From an uncultured Acidobacteriota bacterium (GTDB lineage Bacteria; Acidobacteriota; Thermoanaerobaculia; Gp7-AA8; JAHWKK01): a stretch of 64,000 bases of DNA. Below the pieces are notes generated by a model. The model was not told the DNA's origin, searched no databases, and saw nothing but the letters and a program-made list of their open reading frames with translations. Location of the stretch: positions 64,584 through 128,583 of the forward strand of contig CAWHHZ010000013.1 in NCBI GenBank assembly GCA_963829355.1, given 5' to 3'. This document shows positions 1 through 13,973 of the stretch, piece by piece. The first letter of the stretch is position 1. The number at the start of each line of letters is the position of its first letter. The translations under genes and the position numbers were made by a program.

Positions 1-350
1 GTCGATGCCCATTCTGCGCCAGCGTCTGTCGCCCGCTTCGCGGGCTCACGAGGGTGAAGGGGTCTTCATCGTACCCCCGGCTGAAGCCGGGGGCTATTAC
101 CTTTTGCCCGCTTCGCGGGCTCGCGAGAAGTGGCGATACCGGCGTCGTCACCCTGAGCGGGCGGGAGGGCGGGTATGCGAAGGGCCTCGCCAAAGCGAAC
201 GCCACAGCCAAGATACGAGCTACGAGCCTTCGCATCAGCTTCCGCTCGGCCGTCACATCCCAGCGAGTGGCGAGGCCCCTCGCTTTCCCACCCGACCACC
301 CGCTCGGGGTGACTTCTGCCCGGCACATGCTCATCTTTGTCTGCGGACAC

Positions 351-381
351 AAAAAAGGGCCACGTCGTTTGGACGTGGCCC
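351..381 (-). terminator. Rho-independent terminator downstream of tRNA-Asn: 10 bp GC stem (gggccacgtc/gacgtggccc) then T6 on the minus strand
   Basis: Perfect inverted repeat at 357-381 immediately followed (on the minus strand) by the A6/T6 tract at 351-356. Confidence 0.6.
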
Positions 382-396
382 TGGATTGATTTCAGT

Positions 397-471
397 TGGC
401 TCCGGCACTCGGATTTGAACCGAGGACCCACGGATTAACAGTCCGTTGCTCTACCGCTGAGCTATGCCGGA
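397..471 (-). tRNA. tRNA-Asn (anticodon GTT), CCA encoded
   Basis: Reverse complement TCCGGCATAGCTCAGCGGTAGAGCAACGGACTGTTAATCCGT...GGTTCAAATCCGAGTGCCGGAGCCA gives a cloverleaf with a 7 bp acceptor stem, anticodon loop CTGTTAA and the TPsiC motif GGTTCAAATCC. Confidence 0.9.
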
Positions 472-604
472 AGACTGAACGACAGACGCGGTTCGCGCTG
501 CGTCGGGTGCTTTCAACCGGGGGCAACTCTAATTTATTCGCGAAGCTCGAGAAAGTCCGGAGACTTCCGACTCCCGCTGCGCGACTCCGATACAATGCCG
601 CCCA

Positions 605-2106
605 ATGTCTCTCGAAATTGTCATCAACGCGGGAAAACACGAATCGCGGATCGCACTTCTGGATGAAGCGCGAACCGTCGAGCTCTGGGTCGAGCGGAAG
701 CGTCACCGCACCATCGTCGGAAACATCTACAAGGGGCGCGTCACCAAGGTGCTGCCCGGGATGCAGTCCGCGTTCGTCGACATCGGGCTGGAGCGTGACG
801 CCTTTCTCTACGTCTCGGACGTCCAGGAGGATCTGGACGCTTACGAAGAAGGCGCCGACGAAGAGCTCGACATCGAGGACGTTCCGCGGGAGCGGGTCGC
901 GGCTTCGATCGCCGATCTGCTGCGTGAGGGCCAGGAGATTCTCGTCCAGGTGATGAAGGACACGATTGCCGGCAAGGGCGCGAGAATCACCACGCACATC
1001 ACCCTGCCTGGCCGGTTCCTCGTCCTGATGCCGACCGTACACCACGTCGGCGTCTCGCGGCGGATCGAGGACGAGGAGGAGCGGGCCCGGCTCAAGGAGG
1101 TCCTCGACAGCGATCAGCGAGCATCCGGTCGGCTTCATCGCCCGTACAGCGGCTGAAGGGAAAAGGCGAGGAGGAGTTTCGATCGGACCAGGAGTATCTC
1201 TGGACCCTCTGGCGCAAGATTCAGAAGCGCTCGGACAAGACCTCGGCACCGGCGGTCATTCACCGCGATCTCGACCTGATTCTCCGGATCATCCGGGACG
1301 TCTTCTCCCCCGAGGTGCGGACGGTGTGGGTCGACTCGGTGGAGGAATATCAGCGAATCGTCGAGTTCCTCGATCAGATCCAGCCGATGCTCGCGAGTCG
1401 TGTAAGACTCTACCGGCGCGAGACACCGATCTTCGACGAGTTCAATATTGAACCTGAGATCGAGAAGGCGCTCAAGAGCAAGGTGTGGCTCAAATCGGGC
1501 GGCTACATCGTGATCAACCAGACCGAAGCGCTCGTCGCCATCGACGTCAATACGGGAAAGTTCGTAGGGAAGAAGAATCTCGAGGAGACGGTGTACCGGA
1601 CCAACCTCGACGCGGTCAAGGAAATCGTCCGGCAGGTTCGCCTCCGCGACCTCGGTGGCATCATCGTGGTCGACTTCATCGACATGGAAGAAGAAGAGCA
1701 TCGCACGGCGCTCTTCGATGCGCTCGAGAAGGAAATACGGAAGGACCGCTCCAAAACCAAGATTCTTCAAATTTCCGAATTTGGCCTCATTGAAATGACC
1801 CGCAAGCGTGTTCGGCAGAGCCTCGAGCGCTCACTCACGCAGGCATGTCCATACTGTGGCGGGGGCGGGCGCATCTCTTCGAACCTGACGATCATGCTCG
1901 AGATCTGGCGGCAACTGATGAAGCTACCGATCGGAACCGGAGGTGAGCAGGAGATCATCGTTCGCGTGAACCCTTCGGTGTACGATGCACTGCAGACAGA
2001 CGAGGATCAGATCTTCCAGGAGATCGAAGAGAACCTCGGCGTGCATCTCGTATTCAAGCCCGATGCGGAACTTCACCACGAGCAGTTCGACGTGATGATG
2101 GTCTGA
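605..2106 (+). pseudogene. rng: Ribonuclease G (RNase E/G family, S1 domain + catalytic domain), interrupted by two +1 frameshifts (about 1112 and the A4 run 1161-1164)
   Basis: ORF 605-1156 is the S1/N-terminal part (VGNIYKGRVTKVLPGMQSAFVDIG). ORF 1315-2106 is the catalytic core (GGYIVINQTEALVAIDVNTGKF...LRDLGGIIVVDFIDM). The stretch ISEHPVGFIARTAAEG lies in a third frame between them. Confidence 0.85.
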
Positions 2107-2203
2107 TTCCCGCACGGCACCCGGTCAAGGCAGTGAGTGAGCCGGGCGTTCACAGGCGTGGCACACGCTGTGCAGTTTTCGCCCATGCTCAGGAGCAGGT
2201 TGG

Positions 2204-2665
2204 ATGTCCCTACAAGACGCTTTCGAAAGCCTTTCAGAATTCTTAAACAGCCTTGACGAGGAGGCCGAGCAACAGCTCGAGCTGTCTCACTCCCTCGTCA
2301 TCGTCTGTCCCGACTGCGGAAAGAACGTGGCATTCCGCAACCGCTGCCCGAAATGTGGTGGCGACAGTTGGATCCCCGCAGGTCACGCCGGAGGAATCTT
2401 CGAGCGGATGAAGGTCCACCGCTGGCGCGAGCAGATCGGCGTCGAGGACATGGACGGCGACGGCGAGCCTCACGGCAACGGTGATGAGACGAGCGAGCCG
2501 ATCATGCGCACGGATGCGGATGAGAGACCACCCTCGGGTACCGCCAAGCCACAAGAGACACCACCTCCCGCGGATGCTGACGTGGTCGAAGCAGATGCTG
2601 ACGTGGTCGAGATTGAAGAAGACGTCGAAGACGACATCGAAGACGAGAAGCCTCCAGCCAAGTAA
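2204..2665 (+). CDS. Hypothetical protein with a Cys4 zinc-ribbon (CPDCG...CPKCGG) and an acidic Asp/Glu-rich C-terminal tail
   Basis: ATG with upstream AGGAG; two CxxC pairs; C-terminus VEADADVVEIEEDVEDDIEDEKPPAK. No recognisable family. Confidence 0.55.
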   Translation: MSLQDAFESLSEFLNSLDEEAEQQLELSHSLVIVCPDCGKNVAFRNRCPKCGGDSWIPAGHAGGIFERMKVHRWREQIGVEDMDGDGEPHGNGDETSEPIMRTDADERPPSGTAKPQETPPPADADVVEADADVVEIEEDVEDDIEDEKPPAK

Positions 2666-2725
2666 GCTCCCTCTCCAGCAGTACGAGGCCTTCGAAAAAC
2701 TGTAGTAATTATGACGAGGCGAAAG

Positions 2726-2761
2726 CTCCCTCTCCCTCTGGGAGAGGGCTGGGGTGAGGGC
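2726..2761. repeat. REP-like hairpin element copy 1 (ccctctccc-tct-gggagaggg plus ctggggtgagggc)
   Basis: Perfect 9 bp stem with a 3 nt loop; copy 3 is its reverse complement; it translates as the PLPLGEGWGEG-type spurious ORFs. Confidence 0.7.
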
Positions 2762-2903
2762 CGATCAACGTACCGCCTGGGGCCCCTTTGGCCCTGGACG
2801 AAACTCGTTCCAACGCGTGATATCGAATTCAACCGGGCTCGAGGCGTCACGTTCGCGCGAGGCAATTCGGTGCAAGTCGGCGACAGCGGTCGAATCGGTA
2901 GAG

Positions 2904-2938
2904 GCTCTCACCCCCGATCCTCTCCCAGTGGGTCAGGG
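2904..2938. repeat. REP-like hairpin element copy 2 (degenerate)
   Basis: gctctcacccccgatcctctcccagtgggtcaggg is similar to copy 3 with mismatches. Confidence 0.5.
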
Positions 2939-3021
2939 AAGCGCGAATCACACCCTCACTTTGTGTTTGTGGGAGGCAATTCGATGCGACATTGGCGACA
3001 GAGGCGGAGATATGGTGGAGC

Positions 3022-3057
3022 GCCCTCACCCCGGCCCTCTCCCAGCGGGAGAGGGGG
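3022..3057. repeat. REP-like hairpin element copy 3 (inverted orientation relative to copy 1)
   Basis: gccctcaccccgg + ccctctccc-agc-gggagaggg; reverse complement of copy 1. Confidence 0.7.
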
Positions 3058-3082
3058 GTTCAGGCCGCCATCCCACCGCGTC

Positions 3083-5638
<2,556 letters not shown>

Positions 5639-5644
5639 GAATGA

Positions 5645-8143
<2,499 letters not shown>

Positions 8144-8260
8144 TCACAGGCTCTCTTCATCGTCTGAAGGGGAGCCGGACGGCGTGTCCATCGGTAGCCG
8201 TTCCTGTACCGTTGAGAACGCCCTATTTTAGCAGAAAATTCTATTATTAGAGAGGGGTTG

Positions 8261-8927
8261 GAACGATGAACGATGAACGATGAACGATGAACGATGAACG
8301 ATGAACGATGAACAAATGCGGAATGACGAATGCTGAATGCTGAAAAGAGGGCCGCTGGTGAGGCCTCGGCTGTCATTCCGATGGAGCGCCTCCGCCGCGA
8401 CGGAGGAATCCGGCGGTGGAAGGTGCTCAGAATGGCCCCCCCAGGTTCCTCCCTTCGCTTCGGAATGAGAAGGGATGAACGATGAACGATGAACGATGAA
8501 CAAATGCGGAATGACGAATGCTGAATGCTGAAAAGAGGGCCGCTGGTGAGGCCTCGGCTGTCATTCCGAAGGAGCGCCTCCGCCGCGACGGAGGAATCCG
8601 GGCGGCGGAAGGTGCTCAGAATGGCCCCCCCAAGATTCCTCCCTTCGCTTCGGAATGACAGAAGGGATGAACGATGAACGATGAACGATGAACAAATGCG
8701 GAATGACGAATGCTGAATGCTGAAAAGAGGGCCGCTGGTGAGGCCTCGGCTGTCATTCCGATGGAGCGCCTCCGCCGCGACGGAGGAATCCGGGCGGTGG
8801 AAGGTGCTCAGAATAGCCCCCCCAAGATTCCTCCCTTCGCTTCGGAATGACAGAAGGATCATCTTTCATCGTTCATCGTTCATCGTTCATCGTTCATCTT
8901 TCATCGTTCATCGTTCATCGTTCATCG
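8261..8927. repeat. Composite tandem-repeat region: (GAACGAT)7, then three tandem ~190 bp units each carrying a family-B TGTCATTCCGA...TCGGAATGA(CA) palindromic element separated by (GAACGAT)3, then an inverted heptad tract (ATCGTTC/ATCTTTC)n
   Basis: Directly visible: heptads 8261-8309, units 8310-8474, 8500-8667 and 8692-8856, inverted heptads 8858-8927. Spurious ORFs 8092-8862(-) and 8717-9046(+) translate as HRSSFIV repeats. Confidence 0.9.
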
Positions 8928-10023
8928 TCGCCTCCCTCACTCCTCCCGCTTCCAGCGTAATCCTCAGGTGGGGGCCGACGTCGATGGTGTCGAAAATGGT
9001 CGATTTCGCGGAGGTGGTGAAAATCTGGGTTCTTCCGCGCAGGTAGGCGAGGAGTCGCTCGATGATGCCGAGATCGAGCTCGGCATCGACATCGTCGAGG
9101 AGGAACAGCGGCGGGCGGCCCCAGTGCTCCTCGAAGAGCTCGATCTTTGCGAACTTCAGAAACAGCACCGTCATCTTTGTTTCGCCGCTGGAGAGTACCT
9201 CCGATGCGATCCGACCCTCTCGTCTCAGATCGAGATCATCGCGGTGCGGTCCGAACGTCGTGTACCCCAGCCGGATATGCCGGTCGCGCTCGTCAGCAAA
9301 CAGATCGTCGAGCGGCTGCCCGGACCGGTCGAACCCGCTCGGCCGGTAGTGGATCGTCAAATCGTTGACGTGATAGCGGTGCTTTCCGACGATCCGCGCG
9401 TGAGCTTCGGCCAGTCTTGAGGCGTAGTCCGCTCGTTCCTTCACGATCACGGATGCCGCCTCGGCGAGCTCTCGATCCCATGGATCGAGCATAGCCGGGC
9501 GCGACTGGCCCTCCCTGATCGACTGCAGCAGAGCATTTCTCTGTTTCAGGACCCGCTGATATCGACCGAGCGACTCGAGATAACCGGGCCGGATATTGAC
9601 GATGCCGCGGTCGAGAAATCTGCGACGCTCATCCGGCCCTCCCCGCACGATCTCGAGCTGCGCCGAGGAGTAGGCGATGACCGGAAGCTGCCGGACGTAC
9701 TCGGAAACGCTGACGGGTTCTTCCTGGATCCGGATCTCCCGCCGCCGGGCGCCTCCCGATTCGACTCCGATCGACATCACGCCCTCGATTCCCGCTTCGC
9801 GCCTCACGGCCGTGACGTAGAGCGTGTCCGCCTCGAAGCGGAAGAGGCTCTGCGTGCGATGAGTCCGGAACGATTTGGTGGTCGCCAGGAAGTACACCGC
9901 TTCGAGAAGATTCGTCTTTCCCTGACCATTTTCCCCCACGATGACGTTGAGCCCGTCGTGGAACTCGAACGGCACCTGCTGGAGGTTGCGGAAGTTTCTG
10001 GCTGTGAGGGAAACGAGAATCAT
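8908..10023 (-). CDS. recF: DNA replication and repair protein RecF
   Basis: 371 aa; N-terminal Walker A (GENGQGKTNLLEAVYFLATTKSFR) and an SMC-like signature. The last codons (MNDER*) are encoded by the heptad repeat. Confidence 0.93.
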   Translation of the reverse strand: MILVSLTARNFRNLQQVPFEFHDGLNVIVGENGQGKTNLLEAVYFLATTKSFRTHRTQSLFRFEADTLYVTAVRREAGIEGVMSIGVESGGARRREIRIQEEPVSVSEYVRQLPVIAYSSAQLEIVRGGPDERRRFLDRGIVNIRPGYLESLGRYQRVLKQRNALLQSIREGQSRPAMLDPWDRELAEAASVIVKERADYASRLAEAHARIVGKHRYHVNDLTIHYRPSGFDRSGQPLDDLFADERDRHIRLGYTTFGPHRDDLDLRREGRIASEVLSSGETKMTVLFLKFAKIELFEEHWGRPPLFLLDDVDAELDLGIIERLLAYLRGRTQIFTTSAKSTIFDTIDVGPHLRITLEAGGVREATMNDER

Positions 10024-10057
10024 GAGCTGGGCTCGACTGAGGTCAGACGGACAAAAT

Positions 10058-10188
10058 TGTCATCCTGAGCCGCCGGAGCGCAGCGAAGGACGGTAGAAGG
10101 TCGCGTGCAGTCATACTCACCCTTGGTCCCGTCGGCAATTCACTTCGAGTCATTCCTGACGCGATCCTTCGCTTCGCTCAGGATGACA
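10058..10188. repeat. Family-A palindromic MITE/REP-like element (TGTCATCCTGAGC...GCTCAGGATGACA) between recF and dnaN
   Basis: About 30 bp imperfect terminal inverted repeats around the conserved core agtcatactc...gcaattcac. Confidence 0.8.
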
Positions 10189-10221
10189 ACCCTCTCCACC
10201 GCACCAGTTCCCGATTCTTCC

Positions 10222-11343
10222 TCAGATGCGCATCGGCATCACGACGTACAGGTAGTCGTACGGCAGCGAATCCTTTGCCAGCGGTTTTCCGATGCACTGG
10301 CTCCCTTCATCCTTGAGCTCGAGAGAGACGCTGTCGACGTCGATCGCGTTGAGGAAGTCGCTGATGTAGCCGGCATTCAGGCCGATGAAGAACGACTCGC
10401 CCGAGTAGTCGATCGGAACGGTTTCCCGCGCGTCGCCGAGATCGGCATTCGTCGACGATACGATCAGCTTCCCCGGCTCAAAGTCGAAACGGATCGCCTT
10501 CGTCCGCTCGTTCGCGAGGAGTGAGACGCGTTTGATCGTCGCGGAGAGACGCTGACGGTCGATGACGATCGTCTTGTCGTTGTCGCGGGAGATCACGTCC
10601 ATGTAGTTCGGGAAGTTGACGTCGATCATCCGCCCCAGCATGCGTCGGGGACCCGCTTCGAAGAAGAGGTGGTTCTCGGAGATGCCGAAACGGACGCGGG
10701 CGCCGTCAGCCGAATCGAGACGTGCAAGCTCCTGAAGAGCCTTCCGCGGAATCAGCATCGAGACCGGATTGTCGGCGTCCGCTTCCAGACCCTCCTGGGG
10801 GAAGGTGACGAGCGCCATGCGATGCCCGTCGGTCGCGACCATCTCGAGCCTGTCGTCCACGACCTTCAGCAGAGCGCCGTTCAACTGGAAACGCGTCTCC
10901 TCGTGCGTGATCGCGAAGATGACCTTTTCGATCATCGTCTTCAGATCGTCGAGATCGACCTCGTAGCCGCCGGACACGTCCACTTCCGGGAGCGACGGGA
11001 AATCGTCGGCCGGAAGTCCGAGCAGCTTGAACCTGGCATTTCCCGATTCAATCCGCAACGACTCGTTCTCTTCCAGCGTGAGCCGTACTTCGTCATCGCT
11101 GAGGGACCGGACGATGTCGAACAGCCTGCGGGCTTCGACGGTGACCGCGCCTTCGGACTTCACTGTTGCGGCACACGAGGCCTGGATCGTCACGTCGAGA
11201 TCCGTCGCGGCGATTTCCAGACGGTCGCCCGACGCCTTCAGCAGGACGTTCGAAAGGATGGGGATGGTCGATCGTTTTTCGACGACTCCCTGGCAAAGTT
11301 GAAGCTCTTTCTGTAGATCCGCTCTCGGAACGGTGAGTTCCAT
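10222..11343 (-). CDS. dnaN: DNA polymerase III beta sliding clamp
   Basis: 373 aa; N-terminus MELTVPRADLQKELQLCQGVVEKRSTIPILSNVLL; three-domain clamp. Confidence 0.95.
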   Translation of the reverse strand: MELTVPRADLQKELQLCQGVVEKRSTIPILSNVLLKASGDRLEIAATDLDVTIQASCAATVKSEGAVTVEARRLFDIVRSLSDDEVRLTLEENESLRIESGNARFKLLGLPADDFPSLPEVDVSGGYEVDLDDLKTMIEKVIFAITHEETRFQLNGALLKVVDDRLEMVATDGHRMALVTFPQEGLEADADNPVSMLIPRKALQELARLDSADGARVRFGISENHLFFEAGPRRMLGRMIDVNFPNYMDVISRDNDKTIVIDRQRLSATIKRVSLLANERTKAIRFDFEPGKLIVSSTNADLGDARETVPIDYSGESFFIGLNAGYISDFLNAIDVDSVSLELKDEGSQCIGKPLAKDSLPYDYLYVVMPMRI

Positions 11344-11601
11344 TACAAATCCTCTACCTAATCTCTCTCTATTTAGTAGGAGTAGTAGCAGTTGCTGTGG
11401 ATATCTGCCAGCAGACTGCGCAAGTGCCTGATGAGTATAGCAGTGACTGCGTTGGAATCCTGTTGGGAAGCCTGCGGAAAAGCCGCGTGGTTCCAGCGAC
11501 CTTTTCCACAGGCTCGGTCGCGCTGATCAGAATGAGCCGTTTTTTCCGCAGGTGGTCCGCAGCGAATCCGCGTGTCCCTGCGGAAAACCTCGCAACATTC
11601 A
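11344..11601. promoter_or_regulatory. oriC: Candidate oriC / DnaA-box cluster in the dnaA-dnaN intergenic region
   Basis: Five TT(A/T)TCC(A/G)CA-like 9-mers: 11396-11404 (rc ATATCCACA), 11473-11481 (rc TTTTCCGCA), 11502-11510 TTTTCCACA, 11542-11550 TTTTCCGCA, 11579-11587 (rc TTTTCCGCA). An AT-richer stretch lies at 11355-11390. Confidence 0.6.
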
Positions 11602-12930
<1,329 letters not shown>

Positions 12931-12944
12931 CAGCTAAGTGTTGG

Positions 12945-12975
12945 TATTCCACAACTTTTCCACAATTGTGGAAAA
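12945..12975. promoter_or_regulatory. DnaA boxes upstream of dnaA (TATTCCACA, TTTTCCACA and inverted TGTGGAAAA forming a palindrome)
   Basis: The sequence gtattccacaacttttccacaattgtggaaaac lies directly upstream of the dnaA start, in the dnaA/rpmH divergent region. Confidence 0.55.
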
Positions 12976-13186
12976 CAATGAGGGGAGAAGGGTCGGTGAG
13001 AATAGCACAGCGCCGGAGGGTCCGCAACCAGCATATGGGGGAGAAAAAATGTATTCTGTCGAAGCCGGGCAGAATTTTAGGCTGGAATAGCTGAGAACTG
13101 CAAGGGCGTTTCTGGCCCGTGGACGAAGTCGTCTCTCTGGGGCGGCGTGTCGATATACGTTTGATAAATCGAGTTAGGACAATAAG

Positions 13187-13321
13187 ATGAAGAGGACTTT
13201 TCAGCCAAACAACCGGCGCCGGAGCAAAAAGCACGGTTTCCGTGTCCGTATGAGCACCAAAGCAGGACGCGCCGTCATCAACGCTCGTCGCCGCAAGGGC
13301 CGCAAGCGCCTGTCCGCCTGA
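13187..13321 (+). CDS. rpmH: 50S ribosomal protein L34
   Basis: 44 aa [44 protein letters not shown]; canonical position upstream of rnpA. Not in the ORF track because it is below the length cutoff. Confidence 0.93.
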   Translation: MKRTFQPNNRRRSKKHGFRVRMSTKAGRAVINARRRKGRKRLSA

Positions 13322-13353
13322 CCGCGGAAGGAAGCCGAGCTGCGGCGTCCGAC

Positions 13354-13761
13354 ATGACTGCCGCGAATCGAGAATCCGCATCCCTCTCCAGGGAAGATCG
13401 GATTCGTAAACGTCGCGAATATCTCGAAACGTACCGGACCGGGAGGAAGACCTTCGGCCGGTACGTCGTCGTTTTCGGGAAGCCGAACGGCGGAAGGGGT
13501 CCGAGGTTGGGGATCACCGCTACCAGAAAAGTCGGAAAAGCGAACCAGCGAAATCTTCGAAAGCGCTGGACCCGGGAGATCTTCAGACAGAACCGTGAAG
13601 AAGCCGGACTCCGTGCGCTGCCCGTCGATCTGGTCGTCAACATCCGGCCCGAAGCTGCCGCAGCAGACTTCGCGAGTTTCCGCACTGACCTTCTCCGCAC
13701 GCTCGAACGCGCTGCGCGGGAGGCAAAACGTGGAGAGAGAGGGGCGGGAACTGGACGATGA
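13354..13761 (+). CDS. rnpA: Ribonuclease P protein component
   Basis: Basic protein with the RNase P motif (KRREYL...[13 protein letters not shown]); rpmH-rnpA-yidD-yidC synteny. Confidence 0.85.
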   Translation: MTAANRESASLSREDRIRKRREYLETYRTGRKTFGRYVVVFGKPNGGRGPRLGITATRKVGKANQRNLRKRWTREIFRQNREEAGLRALPVDLVVNIRPEAAAADFASFRTDLLRTLERAAREAKRGERGAGTGR

Positions 13762-13970
13762 TGCGGAGAATCGTGATCGTGCTTCTGCGCGGATACAAGC
13801 GATTCCTGTCCCCACTGCTCCCGCCGATGTGCCGATTTGAACCGACCTGTTCCGTATATGCGAGCGAAGCGGTGAGCCGGTACGGTGTCGTTCGTGGCGG
13901 CTGGCTCGCCACACGACGACTCCTCCGCTGTCATCCCTTCCATCCCGGCGGGTGGGATCCCGTCCCCTAG
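13758..13970 (+). CDS. yidD: Membrane protein insertion efficiency factor YidD
   Basis: 70 aa; [26 protein letters not shown] signature. Confidence 0.9.
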   Translation: MMRRIVIVLLRGYKRFLSPLLPPMCRFEPTCSVYASEAVSRYGVVRGGWLATRRLLRCHPFHPGGWDPVP

Positions 13971-13973
13971 ATT

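Noticed and set aside
392-1249. Long antisense ORFs in high-GC coding regions (e.g. 392-1249-, 4130-5098+, 5972-7108+, 24729-25628-, 27193-28479-, 29779-30744-, 32929-33726-, 38376-39710+, 45872-46852+, 22189-23163-, 33865-34758-)
   Set aside because: High-GC genomes give long stop-free antisense frames. Each overlaps a well-supported conserved gene on the other strand and has no recognisable family.
8261-8927. Possible CRISPR array
   Set aside because: The repeat units are ~190 bp near-identical tandem copies with heptad microsatellites, not 25-40 bp repeats alternating with unique spacers. No cas genes are present.
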